Assembly: GCF_018350175.1 (NCBI RefSeq)
Contig: NC_058368.1
Coordinates: forward strand, 108,688,001-108,752,000
Length of the DNA stretch: 64,000 nt
Reading direction: 5' to 3'
Source of the DNA: Felis catus
Lineage: Eukaryota
Within the stretch, counting starts at the first letter, position 1; each line of letters starts with the position of its first letter. Shown one piece after another: positions 12,926 to 25,764 of this stretch. A model generated the notes under the pieces. The model saw only the letters and a list, made by a program, of their open reading frames with translations, was not told the origin of the DNA and searched no databases. The translations under genes were made by a program, and so were the position numbers.

Positions 12926-12986
12926 CTGATACTAGCTCACTACTCGATGAACTACTGTCAACCTGGAGGTCATCAGTCATTGACTC
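12926..12986 (-). CDS. MEIKIN: MEIKIN coding exon 4 (ESMTDDLQVDSSSSSSELVSG)
   Basis: cacttag acceptor, gtaaga donor, 61 nt, phase 0/1; absent from ORF track, found by manual translation; matches recalled ESVTDDLQVDSSSSNSELVSG. Confidence 0.92.
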
Positions 12987-14618
12987 CTAAGTGAAATAAG
13001 AATTAAAGGTATAGCACAAACTATGAGACTGAATATTTTTATATTTTATTATATCACATTGATTTGGTTACTTTGAAACGAAAAACTGAACTTTGTGTAT
13101 CAGCTTCATATGTATAATAGATTCTTTCAGTTTCCTGATCACAGATGTAATCTGATATTTAATATTAAATCTAAAAATAAATACTGAAATATAATAATGT
13201 GGGCACATCTACAGAGTCAGCAATATACTAGTCAACTAACTACTGTAGGTTAAACCAGCACCTAGAAGGTGAACATTCTTCTTACCACCTAGGTAGGAAA
13301 AGTTTTTCTTTCTCTAGATAGGAAGGCAAAATAAATCAAAAGACTGATAAGTCTAAATAAAATATGAGAAATACAATTAAAGGCAAACAAATATAAAAGT
13401 ATTTGTTATATATGTGTATAAAAGTGTAACTCCCTTCAACATATAATGAATAAACATTTCACCAAAAAAGAAACATAGATAGCCAATAAAATGAGAAAAA
13501 AAGTATCAATTTTACTAGTATTCAGAGAAATGGAAAATCAGATAACATGTTACTTTTCATCTATCAAATATATGTGTTTTCAAATTATCAGATAAAATGG
13601 TGCCAACTGCCCAACATGAATTAAAAATGATTCAACCCTTGACCCACTGCAAAATTTTTTATCTTAGAGTGACAATTTGAGTGTACACAAAAAACTTCTG
13701 TGGTACAATGCCCATTGATATCTAAGATGGCAAAACCTTGGAAACAATTTCAATCCTCCAACCACAGGAAAAAGTCATACAAATTACAGTATATCTATAA
13801 GACAAAGCACTATGCAGACACTAAAAATCATATTTTTAGAGACCACTTAATGTTAGAGGAATATACAATCAGACAACAACTTTTAAATTTAAAAAAAGGC
13901 ACAGAAAAAAAGGAATGTAGAAAAAATATATAAAAAGTAGAAGAAACTTTTTAAACACTTGTTTTTTTGGCATAGTCTGGATCATCTACAACGAACACTT
14001 AACAGTGTTAAAATCTGGGGTAAAATCCTTTAAAAAAATGCCTTTGTTGAAACTGCCCACCCCCAAAACACATGTTTTAGAGATATATGTAAGCTAAAGC
14101 ACTGGAACATGACTATTTAATGCTAATGGTAGATGAGTCACAAGCAATTTTTAAAATCTGAGTTTCTCCAAACTACTGCTATGTATCTTTAAAATACTGT
14201 ACAGAATCCATATTAAGTACAGTAGGTCAAGAAATTATATAATATACTAATGGTAACGAACACTGTTTCTAGTTGTTAACGGAAAGTCAAAAAGAAAACA
14301 TGGAAATGACTTTGAAATGCTTTTAAGTGCTCCTCAACACAAGGGAGTTCCTAAGAAAAACTTACATATACTCAGTAATGGGCATTTCTCAAATTTTTGT
14401 CAAGGGAAATTAAAAATAAAAAATGTGGCTATGAATCCACCAGAATCAGAACTTCAAGGCCCTGTCTAAAGAGAAAACACCAGCGTTTGTAAAAATGCTA
14501 CGAAGCCATGTATTCTCTATTAAACAAAGACTATACTACATTTTAATCTACAGGCGCATCAGTTACCGCTGGTCTCTGCTGTAAGTTTACCCAAGGTCCG
14601 TACGAGAAATATACATAC

Positions 14619-14706
14619 ACTCAATGGAGCAATCTTCTCATCCCAGGGCTCTTCACTAGTGCTATTTCCACGCAGGCTTTTCTGTCCTGTAACTCTTAAC
14701 TGAGTG
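14619..14706 (-). CDS. MEIKIN: MEIKIN coding exon 3 (STQLRVTGQKSLRGNSTSEEPWDEKIAPLS)
   Basis: tgttag acceptor, gtatgt donor, 88 nt, phase 2/0; similar to recalled RLGVTGEKSLQENRSSEDTQDEKIASLR. Confidence 0.88.
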
Positions 14707-15077
14707 CTAACAAACAAACAACGCAATTAGTTTGCACGGTCTGGACTTGGCTTTCCACGTCTCTGTTCATACTGTTCAGAATCTGAAAGGCCATGTGGGG
14801 ACGCCATTAAGAAAAAGACCCCAGTGGGTTAATTGTACCAATACCCAACTGATGGTGCGAATGCTTTCTGAAGATTTGAGCTCACTTGCTTTTACGTAAC
14901 TTGGCAAAACTGCTCTTTAAAAAATTCTGGGCCTATATTGTGGGAGGAGCGAAATCACAGTATTCCACCTATTTTCTTCGTTGACTCTCGGAAGGAGAAG
15001 TCGGCAATTGGCAGAAAATGAGGATGAAAATTCTGAGGGGGGCCAGAGGCATGGGCTTGGCACCAGTGGCTACGCAC

Positions 15078-15165
15078 CTCGGCGGCCTAGAGCGGCTAAC
15101 TCCCCGCCCACTCCACTCGGCTTTCTCTGAGATCTTCGGCAAACAGGGCGCTTCTCCTTTCAGGC
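15078..15165 (-). CDS. MEIKIN: MEIKIN coding exon 2 (LKGEAPCLPKISEKAEWSGRGVSRSRPP)
   Basis: cttttag acceptor, gtgcgt donor, 88 nt, phase 1/2; similar to recalled GLSKIAEKAERSRQG. Confidence 0.85.
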
Positions 15166-15310
15166 CTAAAAGAGGGCGGCATATTTCAGGGAGAAGCCCT
15201 GAGGCCCGTTTGCCGGCCTCGGGTTTCCCTGGGCCGAGGCCTAGCCGCCCCCGCCATTCGCGTTTGCCGACCCCGAGTGCCGCGCCACAGGCTTGCCCAC
15301 CCGGGCTTAC

Positions 15311-15443
15311 AGTGCGCAGAGTGCCTTCTGTCTGGACCTGGAGGGGCCTCCGCCTTCACGGTGGGGCCTAGCTCCGGCGTCGGGGTTAGGTTGAGCCTCT
15401 GGCCAGCCCGCTTCTTGCGGGTATACACCCGTAGCGGCCACAT
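15311..15443 (-). CDS. MEIKIN: MEIKIN coding exon 1 (MWPLRVYTRKKRAGQRLNLTPTPELGPTVKAEAPPG...); may instead end at 15338
   Basis: ATG at 15443 gives the recognisable MEIKIN N-terminus; gtaagc donor after 15311 and weaker gtccag donor after 15338, both phase 1. Confidence 0.88.
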
Positions 15444-17451
15444 TGCCACCCTACCCCCCAAGGCCTTAGGGGCCTCTTGGCCCTCCACAGCCTCTCTCAT
15501 CGCCTTCCGGAGGAAGCAAGCTAGGGTCTGAGTGCTTCAGCGTCCACGCACAGAAGCTGCCTGCGGAGCAGTATAACAAGAGCTGGGCGGAGAAAAGGCG
15601 ACAGCCCACGGAACCAACTGCTACACTGGACTGACTGGAGCAGCCCGCCTCGCTCCCGCCTGTTTTTTTTTTTTTTTTTTTTAATCTAGTCCAAGCCGTG
15701 CGCTGGCTTCTGGGAAACTGAGTGACGTGAAGGCCGCCCCGCCCCCCTGGAGGTGAGGCGTCCTGGTATTTGGCGGTAGGCCCGCGTGGTTGCAGGTCTA
15801 GTGGCGCTGGCTGTCTCATCTCACACTTGAAGAGAAGCTTATGGGAAAAAGCCTTTTAATCTTCCTGGTGGTTGCAACCTTTGCTTTTTATTTTTCCCTT
15901 AATGTGTTGAGCTCATCACGTGCGTGCTAACGATGGCTTAGCCCATCTCATTATAAACATTGCATTAATGCCTCAGTAATGTTTTAGGTCTCCGAACATA
16001 GGGAGTCTTGGGGGGGGGGGGGGCGGAGTGCGGTGGTCAGCCTGACTCAGTGCAGGGAAAGTCAGACAGCAACCAAAGCACATTACCAGCAGAGAATATC
16101 CTCCTGAGCAATCAACTTCAGTTCCGGGGCCACCAGTTTATTGGAGAGCCGTGGCATTTGAGAGTTAGCATTCAAAGACCTTGCTTCCAGGAGATTTCTT
16201 CTTAAGGGTAAGAAGAATCCCTTCGCCCCATCCAGGAGCTATCTCCTGGACATCTGGGCAGCTTTATGGTCAAGGTAGAGAATTTCTTACCTCCTAGTGT
16301 CCTGGGGCTCAGCTTGTTTGCTCTGCCTCATTGCAGGAACGTAGGAATGACTTCCCTCTCTCCATACATCCTGGTTGAACCACCTGGCTGCATCTGATAA
16401 GCATATTGTGCATATAATAACCATCTTCATATTTTTAAAATGACATTTCACATTAAAAAATGCATTTGTAGATATAAAATTACAAAAACTCAAAGACTTG
16501 TGATGTTCCAATATTGTATGTATGACTATAGCACACATATAGCCACAATGTTTTCCTAATTAAATTCCTCTGAACTTTTTAAAATTTAAAATTTGCTCAC
16601 AGAAAGTCACAACAATCGATTTAATATACAATTATTAAAACTTAGCTTTATAAAGAACAGAAGGTAGGAATTCCTACCTAGTTAGATACAGTGTTTTGAG
16701 TCACTGAATCAATACTTACTTAGCACCTTAGTCTGTGTTAGGCATTCTGGTAGGTCCTGGGGATACAGAAGTGTGTTAGAAATGGTCCTTCAGTCTAGGA
16801 TCTCAAAGTCTTGTTGCAACACAAAGCAATTATCATATTTCAACCTCCTTTCTTTAGTCACATCCATAACATGCTGACAAGCAGTCTCTAGTTTACAAGT
16901 CAGGTCTCCAGGCTCTCCTCTCTCTCTTTGGAGGCTGTTGTGAAAAAAACTCGGAGTTCTTAAATGACTTGTGGGAGGTATGGATCCTTCCATGCCTTAC
17001 ACCTAGAAAGGGAAGAAACAATGAAAAAGGAAAAGAGCTTAAAGCAAAAGCTGATCTGTGCTTTGGTGTCCCTATTCCTTAATTGTCTCGCTATACTGAT
17101 CTCCATTTACTGAAATGCCATCAAGTAAAGGTTTATGGAAGTTAATGCATAGGGTTTCAAAACTGGAAATAACCTTTGGAATGATTTCTTGAGCCAAAAG
17201 GGGTCCTTGAAGATGATCTAATTTACCCCTCATTTTGCAGCTGAGGAAACTACAGGTTAGGGAGGCTCGTTATGACAGATGATTGGCATAGGTGGCATGA
17301 GTCTCCTGGCATTTGGCTAGTGTGCTTGTCATGACCCTGTTCTTCCTAACACATGGCTGGGAAAGGGGTCGGGGGAGCAAGGAAAGGAGTTTGAAGCCCT
17401 CAGTTGCAAGGGGATGAAAGATACTATAGACACACTTGGTCTGTTTAAAAA

Positions 17452-17680
17452 AATTTTTTTTAATGTTTTGTTTATTTTGGAGAGAGAGCGAGAGAGAGAG
17501 AGAAAGAGCAAGCGAGCAAACAGGTGAGGGGCAGAGAGAGAGGGAGACGCAGAATCCAAAGCAGGTTCCAGGCTCTGAGCTGTCAGCACAGAGCCTGACG
17601 TGGGGCTCAAACTCACAAACTGTGAGATCATGACCTGAGCCTAAGTCAGACACTTAACTGACTGAGCCACCTAGGTGCCC
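17452..17680 (-). mobile_element. Can-SINE
   Basis: Full-length; 20-bp TSD acacacttggtctgtttaaa. Confidence 0.93.
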
Positions 17681-18299
17681 TACACACTTGGTCTGTTTAA
17701 AGCTTCACCCAGTGCCAGCCTATAAAAGGGAAGGAGATGTGTCCCATATAAAAGGATGGGCAGAGACGTCTCAATTTAATTATCTCTCTGTTTCTCCTCA
17801 TTCTGTCCCCAGATACACAAATGCCAGTGCAAGCAATCATCAAGTTAAATTGAACTTCTCCCGTTTCCCTTTGTACTCCTCCCATATCTAGACTCAGAAT
17901 TCTGCCAGCAGTGTTTCAGTTCACACGATGGGTCACACGATGGGTTTGACTAGGTTTGGTTGGAACAGTTATGGAGAAACTAACTTCCATGGTAAAACAA
18001 ATCCCAAATTTTGAAGAGATTTCTGAAGGAAGATTTTTTTTGTTGTTGTTTTGTTTTGTTTTAAGTAGCTCTTTTGTGGGTTTAGCATTCCCTGGAGTCC
18101 AGAGGCAATCCTTCTCTGTTTTCTTTTGGGGTGACTCACTGAGCAGTTCTGTTTGTGTTACTAACCACAATTTTCAGGGTCTAACTGGAAACCAGTTTAT
18201 TTCTGCTTACTTGGCCAGACTGTACAAAACCACAGTGACAGAGGAAATGTATCTTCAGGTGTTGTGATCTTAATGCTATGCAACACATGAAAAACAGCC

Positions 18300-18920
18300 A
18301 AGGGGATTTTTCATTCAGTGGCTATTTCTTGAGCATCCTGTATGGGCTAGTCCTTCTGCACTGGGGCTATAACCTCAAGCAACTCACAGCGTGAGTGGGA
18401 GTGGGGCAGAGGGAATCTTCTCAGATAAAAGGATAACTGAGCTGTTCTAAGAGCTGCGTGGTGGCAGTTAGCAGAGCTATTAAAGGCTATGGCATTCCAT
18501 GAAAGTGGGACCATATGTGCCACATGGAGGCACAGAAAAGCATGATGCTTTTAGGGCACTACATATAGTAGTTGATATGACTGGAACCAAGGCTCCAATG
18601 GAGGAAGCGCAGGAGTAGAGATGCTAAGCCTTGTGTGCTGAACCAGGGAGTCTGAACTTTATCCTGGAAACTGGGAAGTCATGGAAGGAATATTAAGCAG
18701 GAGAGTGGCATGACCAGATTTTCAATTTAGAAAGATCACACTGACTAAAATGTGGATGGTGACATTTAAAGAAGCTGGGGTAGAAACAGGAAAACTAATT
18801 AAGAAAGAACAGTAATATTCCAGACAAGAAATGAGAATGGCCTGAACTATACTAATAGCCATTAGAATGGAGGAATAGATAATAGCAAATATACAGAGAA
18901 GGCAGAATCTGCATAACTTT
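18300..18920. mobile_element. L2 LINE remnant
   Basis: L2-like motifs (gaactttatcctggaaactgggaagtcatggaagg; ttagaaagatcacactgact). Confidence 0.55.
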
Positions 18921-19326
18921 AGGCATGGCAGAATGTACCATCTTAAGAAAGTATAACCATTAGCTTATATATGGGTAAAAAACATGGAAATACTGTTTCA
19001 GGGGCATCACAGTGGAAAATTTGAATACAGTTCTTTTAAAAGTATAAAAATGATTTAAATTCAGTACACATTTAAATCCAGGACACACTTGGTAACAGAA
19101 AATGCACAAAGAAAAGGAGCACCTCAGGGGTGGGGGAGGACTGTAAATCTTTGGAGTTTGGGGACACTTACGGAGAGTGCAGAGTATGCTGACTAGTGGT
19201 AAAGTTTGATATAATGTTTACCATAAGCTCTATGATCAATGATTACTAATATATTAACATCAGGGGACTATGCTATATAAATATATAAAATAGTAATTAT
19301 AAGCAACTTTGAGAAACGAAAAAATC

Positions 19327-19332
19327 TTTATT
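19327..19332 (-). terminator. Candidate distal polyadenylation signal of ACSL6
   Basis: Minus strand TGTAaaaAATAAAgattttttcg followed by U-rich sequence. Confidence 0.55.
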
Positions 19333-21499
19333 TTTTACAAAAGTTTTCATAAATGCATTTTATATTTGATAAGCATGCTATTATAACAAAGCAACTAAAA
19401 AGATAATTACAGTTAAGATACTTGTATGCATATTTAAAAGGTAATATTTTAATTTCCTCAAGTTTTAAAAATTTAATGTAGAATAAGCAATTCTTCAAAA
19501 AATACCCCTTTTCCCCACCCCGTGCAATTGTTGCAATGACTTAGAAGGAAAATTAATCAGTCAAATGAAATGTCTAAAAGCCACCGTCACCTCATCAGAA
19601 CCTTTTCAGTTTGGGACAAGGGTTAGAATTGCTTATATTCCAGGTATTTATCTATTGCCTCTGGGTTATAACCATTCATTGTTCTAACTCAAGAATTTCT
19701 CATTTAGGGCTTTGTCCTCACTTGAATGCTAATCCCATTCTTAACTGCAGTTAATTGTAGGATCACAGAAAGGACTGTGCAGCATACTTGAGAGACAATT
19801 CAAATTATCAGGATCATTTTCTTTTCATGTTTATGCTTCCTTAAAATAAAAAAAAACAGGCAAAAAAATATAGCAACTTAGCTCAACATATAATTTATCA
19901 ATTTTATATATGATTATTCATTCTTTTTTCTCCTGAGATATTAAGCAAGTTTGTAAGTAGTCTGTTTTCATGCAAAAAATACAGTTTTCCATTGTTTACA
20001 TTCATCTCATAGTATTTTGTATCCTAAATAACTATATCAACTTTGTGCTTTACACATTTGGAAAATGAAGAATAATCCATTTTCTTTACTGCAGAAAAAA
20101 TAAAAGATTATCAGTTCTTAGATGGGTAATACAACCTAATTAAGTGCAAACTTCGAGTTGCTAAAACATTACCTGACTATAAAAATTGCAGTGGAAAGTT
20201 CTATTTTCCTCATGCTTGCAGTTTTACTCACATGTAGAATGAAAGGTTAACTTGCTCATATGAGGGAGACATAGTATGTTTATTCCTTGAACTTCTGAGT
20301 CTGTGAGTCCCTAATAAATGTGGAACTAAGCCTCCATGCCACACCTGGTCAGAGTTTCCTCTCTCACCTGGGGGGAATCATAATACAATATAAAGATGTC
20401 TTTTATGGCAAAAGAAAAAAAAAAGGTGTATATTCTATTTGAAAATATACACAGGATTGGCTTCTAAAATGTGAAAATTACTAATTTATATTCCTAATTA
20501 CATTAATAATGTACATTTGAATGAAAAACAGATAAAAGGCCAAACATTTAGGAACATGATTTTTTAAAAAATAATTCATCTGTTATGTCTCTAGACTTCT
20601 GTCGGATCTGATGTCCACTACAAATGTGAACATCTTAAGTACATAGCCTTTTCCTATACTGGTTAAAGAGAAATACAAAAATTTTCCCCCCAAAATAAAG
20701 TTGGGGAATCTGAAGCAAGAGGGATTTTCCATTAACACATCTTGTTTTATTTCTTCTTTATTCAAAAATTCAGTGGAGTTAAACAGAGGAATAGATAAAT
20801 GTACCTGCAGTATATTTAGGGCCCACCGTTTACTTTTCTCAGCACATTTGCTGTAACCTATTTATTGGCCCAAGTGTGATGCTTTACACACAGATCAGGA
20901 AGGCCAGAAGAAACACAAGATCTTTAAAGTGAGAAAAACAAGAGATCTTTACCTGTCCATAATCAATCATATCTAACTACTATGAGGTAAAAATACAACC
21001 AAAATAAGTGTTACATTATTTGCTTATGTTATATTGTCCAAAATCCTTTTGAAAATAAGAGACAACTGAAATTTTTTTGAGTGGAAGGACAATGAGAGTC
21101 AGCTTCATTTTCTTCAAGATGTGAAGCTACTTGCCTTATTTTAAAAGAGTATGAATATCTAATTCAGATAATGATTTTCTCTTTTAGTCAAACATTAAAT
21201 ATAAAAAAATTAATGCTATGTAGATATGGCCTTGGAAATTTTTAGAGTTTATTTATTCAGAAATGCCTTTAAGAAGGAATATGCGTGGAACTAGCTCATA
21301 TACTAAAAGTCAGATTTGTAAGTGTAAGTAGAGGATCTGCGGACAGAAATATGCCAGAGGAATGTGTAAAGAATTGGATAAACGCATCAGATGAAGGTGT
21401 GATCCACTTTTGCCAATACTGAAATATAAGTGTATGTAATCACTGATACAGATTCATCCAGTAGGCCCATGTGATGATGCAGTTTTTTAACCAATAGCA

Positions 21500-21509
21500 T
21501 TTATTTACA
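21500..21509 (-). terminator. Candidate proximal polyadenylation signal of ACSL6
   Basis: Minus strand TGTAAATAAA (UGUA overlapping AATAAA). Confidence 0.45.
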
Positions 21510-22867
21510 GCTTGGATTTGCTCCAGGGGAAAGGAACTTCTGGACTGTGAACGCTTTCCCCATGTCTGCTTTCAGAGTCCTGTCTCTATAGAAGAAAACA
21601 CTTGCCTAGGGATGGTTCCTCCTTCAGAAGCACAGTCTGTAGCTTGGAACCTAACTGTTGTCCATGCTGGGTTTTAATTATAAGAAATTGTTGGTACTCG
21701 GGTGCAAGGAGTGTCTAAATACATAATGCAAAAAAAGGAGGTTTCCATGGTTAAGCTTAAAAGCATTTAAAGATTTTTTGAATGGAATTATGCCCTATGA
21801 GATATTCATCTATGATGGATTTAAAAACTTTCATAGCGGTGTTTTGAAGAGGTTCTTCAAAATTAAGTTGTTGAAAAACTGTTTTCTTTGGAAATAACAT
21901 CCCTTCCTCCCCTTGTTCAGGATTACAGCCATATTTGGTTTCCCAGGCCTGGCCTGGACATACTATGACTGGGAGGCCTGAAGAGCCCAGCAAGGAATAT
22001 AGGTACATTAATTGCTGTCTATCTTGAGAAATAATTCTGGGTTTCTTTTCCCAAGTCTTCCCCAAAGGTCCATTCATTGTAGAGTCAACAGACATCTTTT
22101 AGAATTCATGTGGTAAGAAGTCCATGGATATACACATTTTATCCTTGAAGTAGTTGTACATTTGTCTCTAAGTAGTTCCTGAATATTTTAATGAGCTCAA
22201 TAAATGAGAAAATATGTTGAAAGATCTTTGTAAAATGTTATATAAATATAACATTTGTTTCAATAGTATCTGAAATCGCATTTTTCATGCATAAAAGTAA
22301 AAATGACAGGGAAAACTTGTTCACATCAATAAGAATTGTCATGTATAAAGAATCTGAATTTATGTAGAATGTGCATTATATCTTGTTTTAGCATGATTCT
22401 GTACACCTAATTTTAATTTTTTAAGTCTGATTTAACTGTGATTTTGACAATCAGTTACTAATGAGGTAGTCCACATTGCTTAGATATTTGCTATATCAGG
22501 TTACTATTCCACAAATAATGAAGTACAGTATATCAGTTATGTTTTTCCTTTATGTTTAATAAGAGTTCTGTGAACATTGAGAATATATTACTTTTAGTGG
22601 TACACAGTCCTTGAGAAAAGTCTTGATTTTTACATTGCCATTTGTGATATTTTTAGCAGCTTGTTACAATATCATTTTAATAAAAATAAAGTGTACTCAG
22701 TGATGATAGAGAAAATATTGTTAAAGACCTCTTGGGACAGGAAAAGGCATGGTCATAAGATCACGTGCTTATTCATTTTCAGCTGCATCATTCTGATTCA
22801 TTACTTTCAAGAGTAACTATAATATTGCTACACAGTCCATTATACTGAGAAGAACTTTCCTTGAACT

Positions 22868-23005
22868 TCACATGGAGATTGAGTAAAGCTCTTCTATTTG
22901 TTTTTTGAAGTACTCTCTCAGCTCAGGTCTCTTAGCCTTTAATGTTGGTGTCAGCAAGCCATTCTGAACTGAGAACATGTCAGAGTGGATGTGAATGGCT
23001 TTAAC
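22868..23005 (-). CDS. ACSL6: ACSL6 last coding exon (VKAIHIHSDMFSVQNGLLTPTLKAKRPELREYFKKQIEELYSISM*)
   Basis: ttttag acceptor, 138 nt including TGA; ACSL6 C-terminus. Confidence 0.97.
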   Translation of the reverse strand, partial: VKAIHIHSDMFSVQNGLLTPTLKAKRPELREYFKKQIEELYSISM

Positions 23006-23194
23006 CTAAAAACCAAATGCAGAATATGTCTTTATCAGGAATATAACATAGCATTTATAGTACACATGATAAAAGTAACAGGCATACAAGAATAGATATA
23101 TTGATATTAAAACACTATGCTCTTTTTAAAAGTCAAAGTTAGGTTAGTAACATTTCAGCCTATTTAACATGTCTGCAAGCCACCTTTTCTCCCT

Positions 23195-24040
23195 TCCTAC
23201 TCCTTCATTTAGCCAGTCAACAGAAATGAGCTGGGTGCTTATTCTGTGCACCCAGGCACTGAGGACACAAAGAAGAATCATGAGTGCCCCTGCCCTCAGC
23301 AGGTGCACACTAGCATTCAGCAGAGCAGACACACCGGGCAATTATCAGACAGCGTGGTATGCACAGTGACAGGCGCCTAAGGCAGTGATGGTAGGGGAAA
23401 AGGAGGACCAGCCAGGGAAGCCTTCCCAAATTAGATGAGTGTTAAAAGATGAGTAAGACTTAACCAGCAAAGGAGGAGAGGTGGGTAATGGAGGGCATTC
23501 TAGGCAGAGACAACTCCAAGAACAAAGCTGTGGGAATGAGAAAAGACAGAACATGCGAATGGAAATCCAAGTGGTTTTTTGGTGTAGATACATGAAGTAG
23601 GAGGTAAAGGGGTAAGAGATGAAGCTGAAGTGGTTAATGCAACAGTTTACAGAGGAGCTCAAACTTTATGCTGGAGTCTGTAAGAAGGCACTTAAGGTTT
23701 TCATACAGGGCAGTGGCATGGCTAAATACACATTTTAGAAAGATCTCGCCAAGAGAAATGTGAAAATGTTCTTTGAGAACATGAAGATTAGAAACAGGGA
23801 AACCAATCTGAGGGATCTGGCCAATCCATGGGGGACCAGATAAGCACCTACACTTAGATACTTAGATTCAGGGCAGAGACAGAGACAAGGAAGCAGTTCT
23901 AAGACCCATTCCATGGACAAGAGGTAGTAAAGAGGGAGGCAGCCTCAATGACCCCTGGGTTTCTGATTTGAATAGGTACATGGATGGTATTGCAATTCAG
24001 AGCAGGAATATAAAGTTTGAGGGTACATGATGAGTCTGTT
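23195..24040. mobile_element. L2 LINE remnant (3' end)
   Basis: ccttcatttagccagtcaacagaaatgagctgggtgcttattctgtgcacccaggcactg and further L2-type motifs. Confidence 0.6.
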
Positions 24041-24667
24041 AAAAAAAAAAAAAGTCTCACCATGGAATTCTATATCTACCGGAAGGAGGAATGTACGGGT
24101 CTGGTTTAGCATTCACACTTCCTATTTCTATGAGGCAGATCCTAGGCCCCCTCATGCAAAGTCCCTTTGCAGTGATGAATTGACCAGAGACAGATGAATT
24201 AATGTAGGAGGGCCTGGGCCGACTCCTCCCACGTGGGGCTCTATCTGAAAGGGTCTCTGACAGTTTCATGAGAATTTTATCATATGGGCTTGAGCTGAAT
24301 CCTTGAGTGATACTGGAAATCGTGTCCGGACTGACAATTGTCTAAATTAAATGATTTTTGTTGAGATAATAGGCCCATATCACTAAATAGCAAACAGGGT
24401 TATGGATTGCTGTAATAGACTTCTTAATAACAATTTTTATTACATTTTTGAAAAAATAAAACTGTCATGAACCTGAGGCACAGAGACACAATATGACTAC
24501 AGATACCATTTGCTAAACATTCATGCCATTTTGTCCTGCATGTTATTCAAAGTCTAAAGTGCAATTTTGAAGCTGAAATTAAGTATTTTCTCAGAATACT
24601 CTGGCAGAGAAGCCCAGGTAGCACCAGTAAGAAGTGCACCAAGTCCTAACTACTCCATTGGTATGTA

Positions 24668-24929
24668 CAATTGACCCTTGAACAACAAAACAGGGTTAGG
24701 GAAGCTGACCGCCTGCACAAGTGAAATTTCATATATAACTTTTGACTCCCCAGAACTTAACTACTAATAACCTACTATTGACTAGAAGACTTACCTATAA
24801 CATAAACAGTTGGTTAACACATATTTTGTATGCTGTACGTATTATATACTGTGTTTTTACAATAAAGTAAGCTAAAGAAAATGTTACAAAGAAAATCATA
24901 AGGAAGCGAAAATACATTTATAGTTACTG

Positions 24930-24969
<40 letters not shown>

Positions 24970-25022
24970 CACATCCAAGTGGACCCCTCCAGTTGAAACT
25001 CATGTTGTTCAATAGTCAACTG
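24668..25022 (+). mobile_element. Tigger2a/MER28-like non-autonomous DNA transposon with internal (TA)n
   Basis: Terminal inverted repeats caattgacccttgaacaac and gttgttcaatagtcaactg; TA on the left flank. Confidence 0.8.
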
Positions 25023-25269
25023 TCATAGACATTTAGAATATTAATTCAAAACCTATGTATTAAATACACATACACATTCATTTATTGTTTTATGTATTTG
25101 GTATTTATCAAGCAACTCCTATGTGTCAGATATGTGTCAGGCAACAGGGATACAAAGAATAACAAGACACAGTCCCTGCCCTCATAGATTTACAATCCAA
25201 TGACAGATGCTGCAGTATGACATTGCTACCACAGGGGCAAGCCCAGAGAGGGTCACCTTTTGCAGGCAG

Positions 25270-25720
25270 AATCAGTTGCTTTGCCAATACCCACTCCTGA
25301 CTTCTTCCATGCTAATGAAACCAAAACTATGTCTATGTCTACCAGGGCAATCTTGTTCTCTGATTTCCCAGCTATCCTTGCAGCTAGGGGATAGCCATGA
25401 GATCCATTTCTGGCTAGTGATAAAGGAAAGTTTTTGCTTTCCTAATATAAGGTTCAGACATAGATTTCTCCACCCATTGTTCTTTTTTCCTTCCTTGAAT
25501 ATGGACAATGTCCAAAGCTATAACAGCACCCTTGTGATAAGCCAACATACTAAGAATGAAGAGTGGAAAGACAGTAGAGCCTAGGTCTTTGAGGACCTGT
25601 ACCTTCCTTGGACTGTCTACCTTTGGACATCTTATGTGAGAAAAAAAAAAAAAAAAAAAACACTCTATGTGTTTAAGACACTATGTGTTTCTGTTAGAGC
25701 TGAATTCATTTCTGATATAG
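25270..25720. mobile_element. Probable MLT1-type LTR remnant
   Basis: tttcccagctatccttgcagctaggg, ctacctttggacatcttatgtgag, tgaattcatttctgatata resemble MLT1; by eye only. Confidence 0.5.
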
Positions 25721-25764
25721 CACCTAACCCAGGCTCGGGAAGGGTTCATTGAAAAGAGATGCCT

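Larger units (their letters stand above)
15050..15950 (-). promoter_or_regulatory. MEIKIN: CpG island and promoter of MEIKIN
   Basis: Locally GC- and CpG-rich over exons 1-2; GC box 15737-15746, TGACGT 15723-15728, TCCCGCC 15654-15660, TCACGTG 15916-15922. Confidence 0.8.
19310..22867 (-). other. ACSL6: ACSL6 3'UTR (about 3.5 kb, distal end inferred)
   Basis: Repeat-poor AU-rich sequence after the TGA at 22868-22870, ending near an AATAAA with a U-rich downstream element. Confidence 0.6.

Noticed and set aside
15018..15819. Overlapping ORFs on both strands at the CpG island
   Set aside because: GC-rich sequence has few stops; only the minus-strand MWPLRV frame matches a known protein and splices coherently
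17921..17946. 12-nt tandem duplication tcacacgatggg
   Set aside because: Only two copies, intergenic, no supporting context
22678..22690. Plus-strand AATAAAAATAAA suggesting the end of an antisense transcript
   Set aside because: Expected by chance in an AT-rich UTR; no antisense exon structure identified
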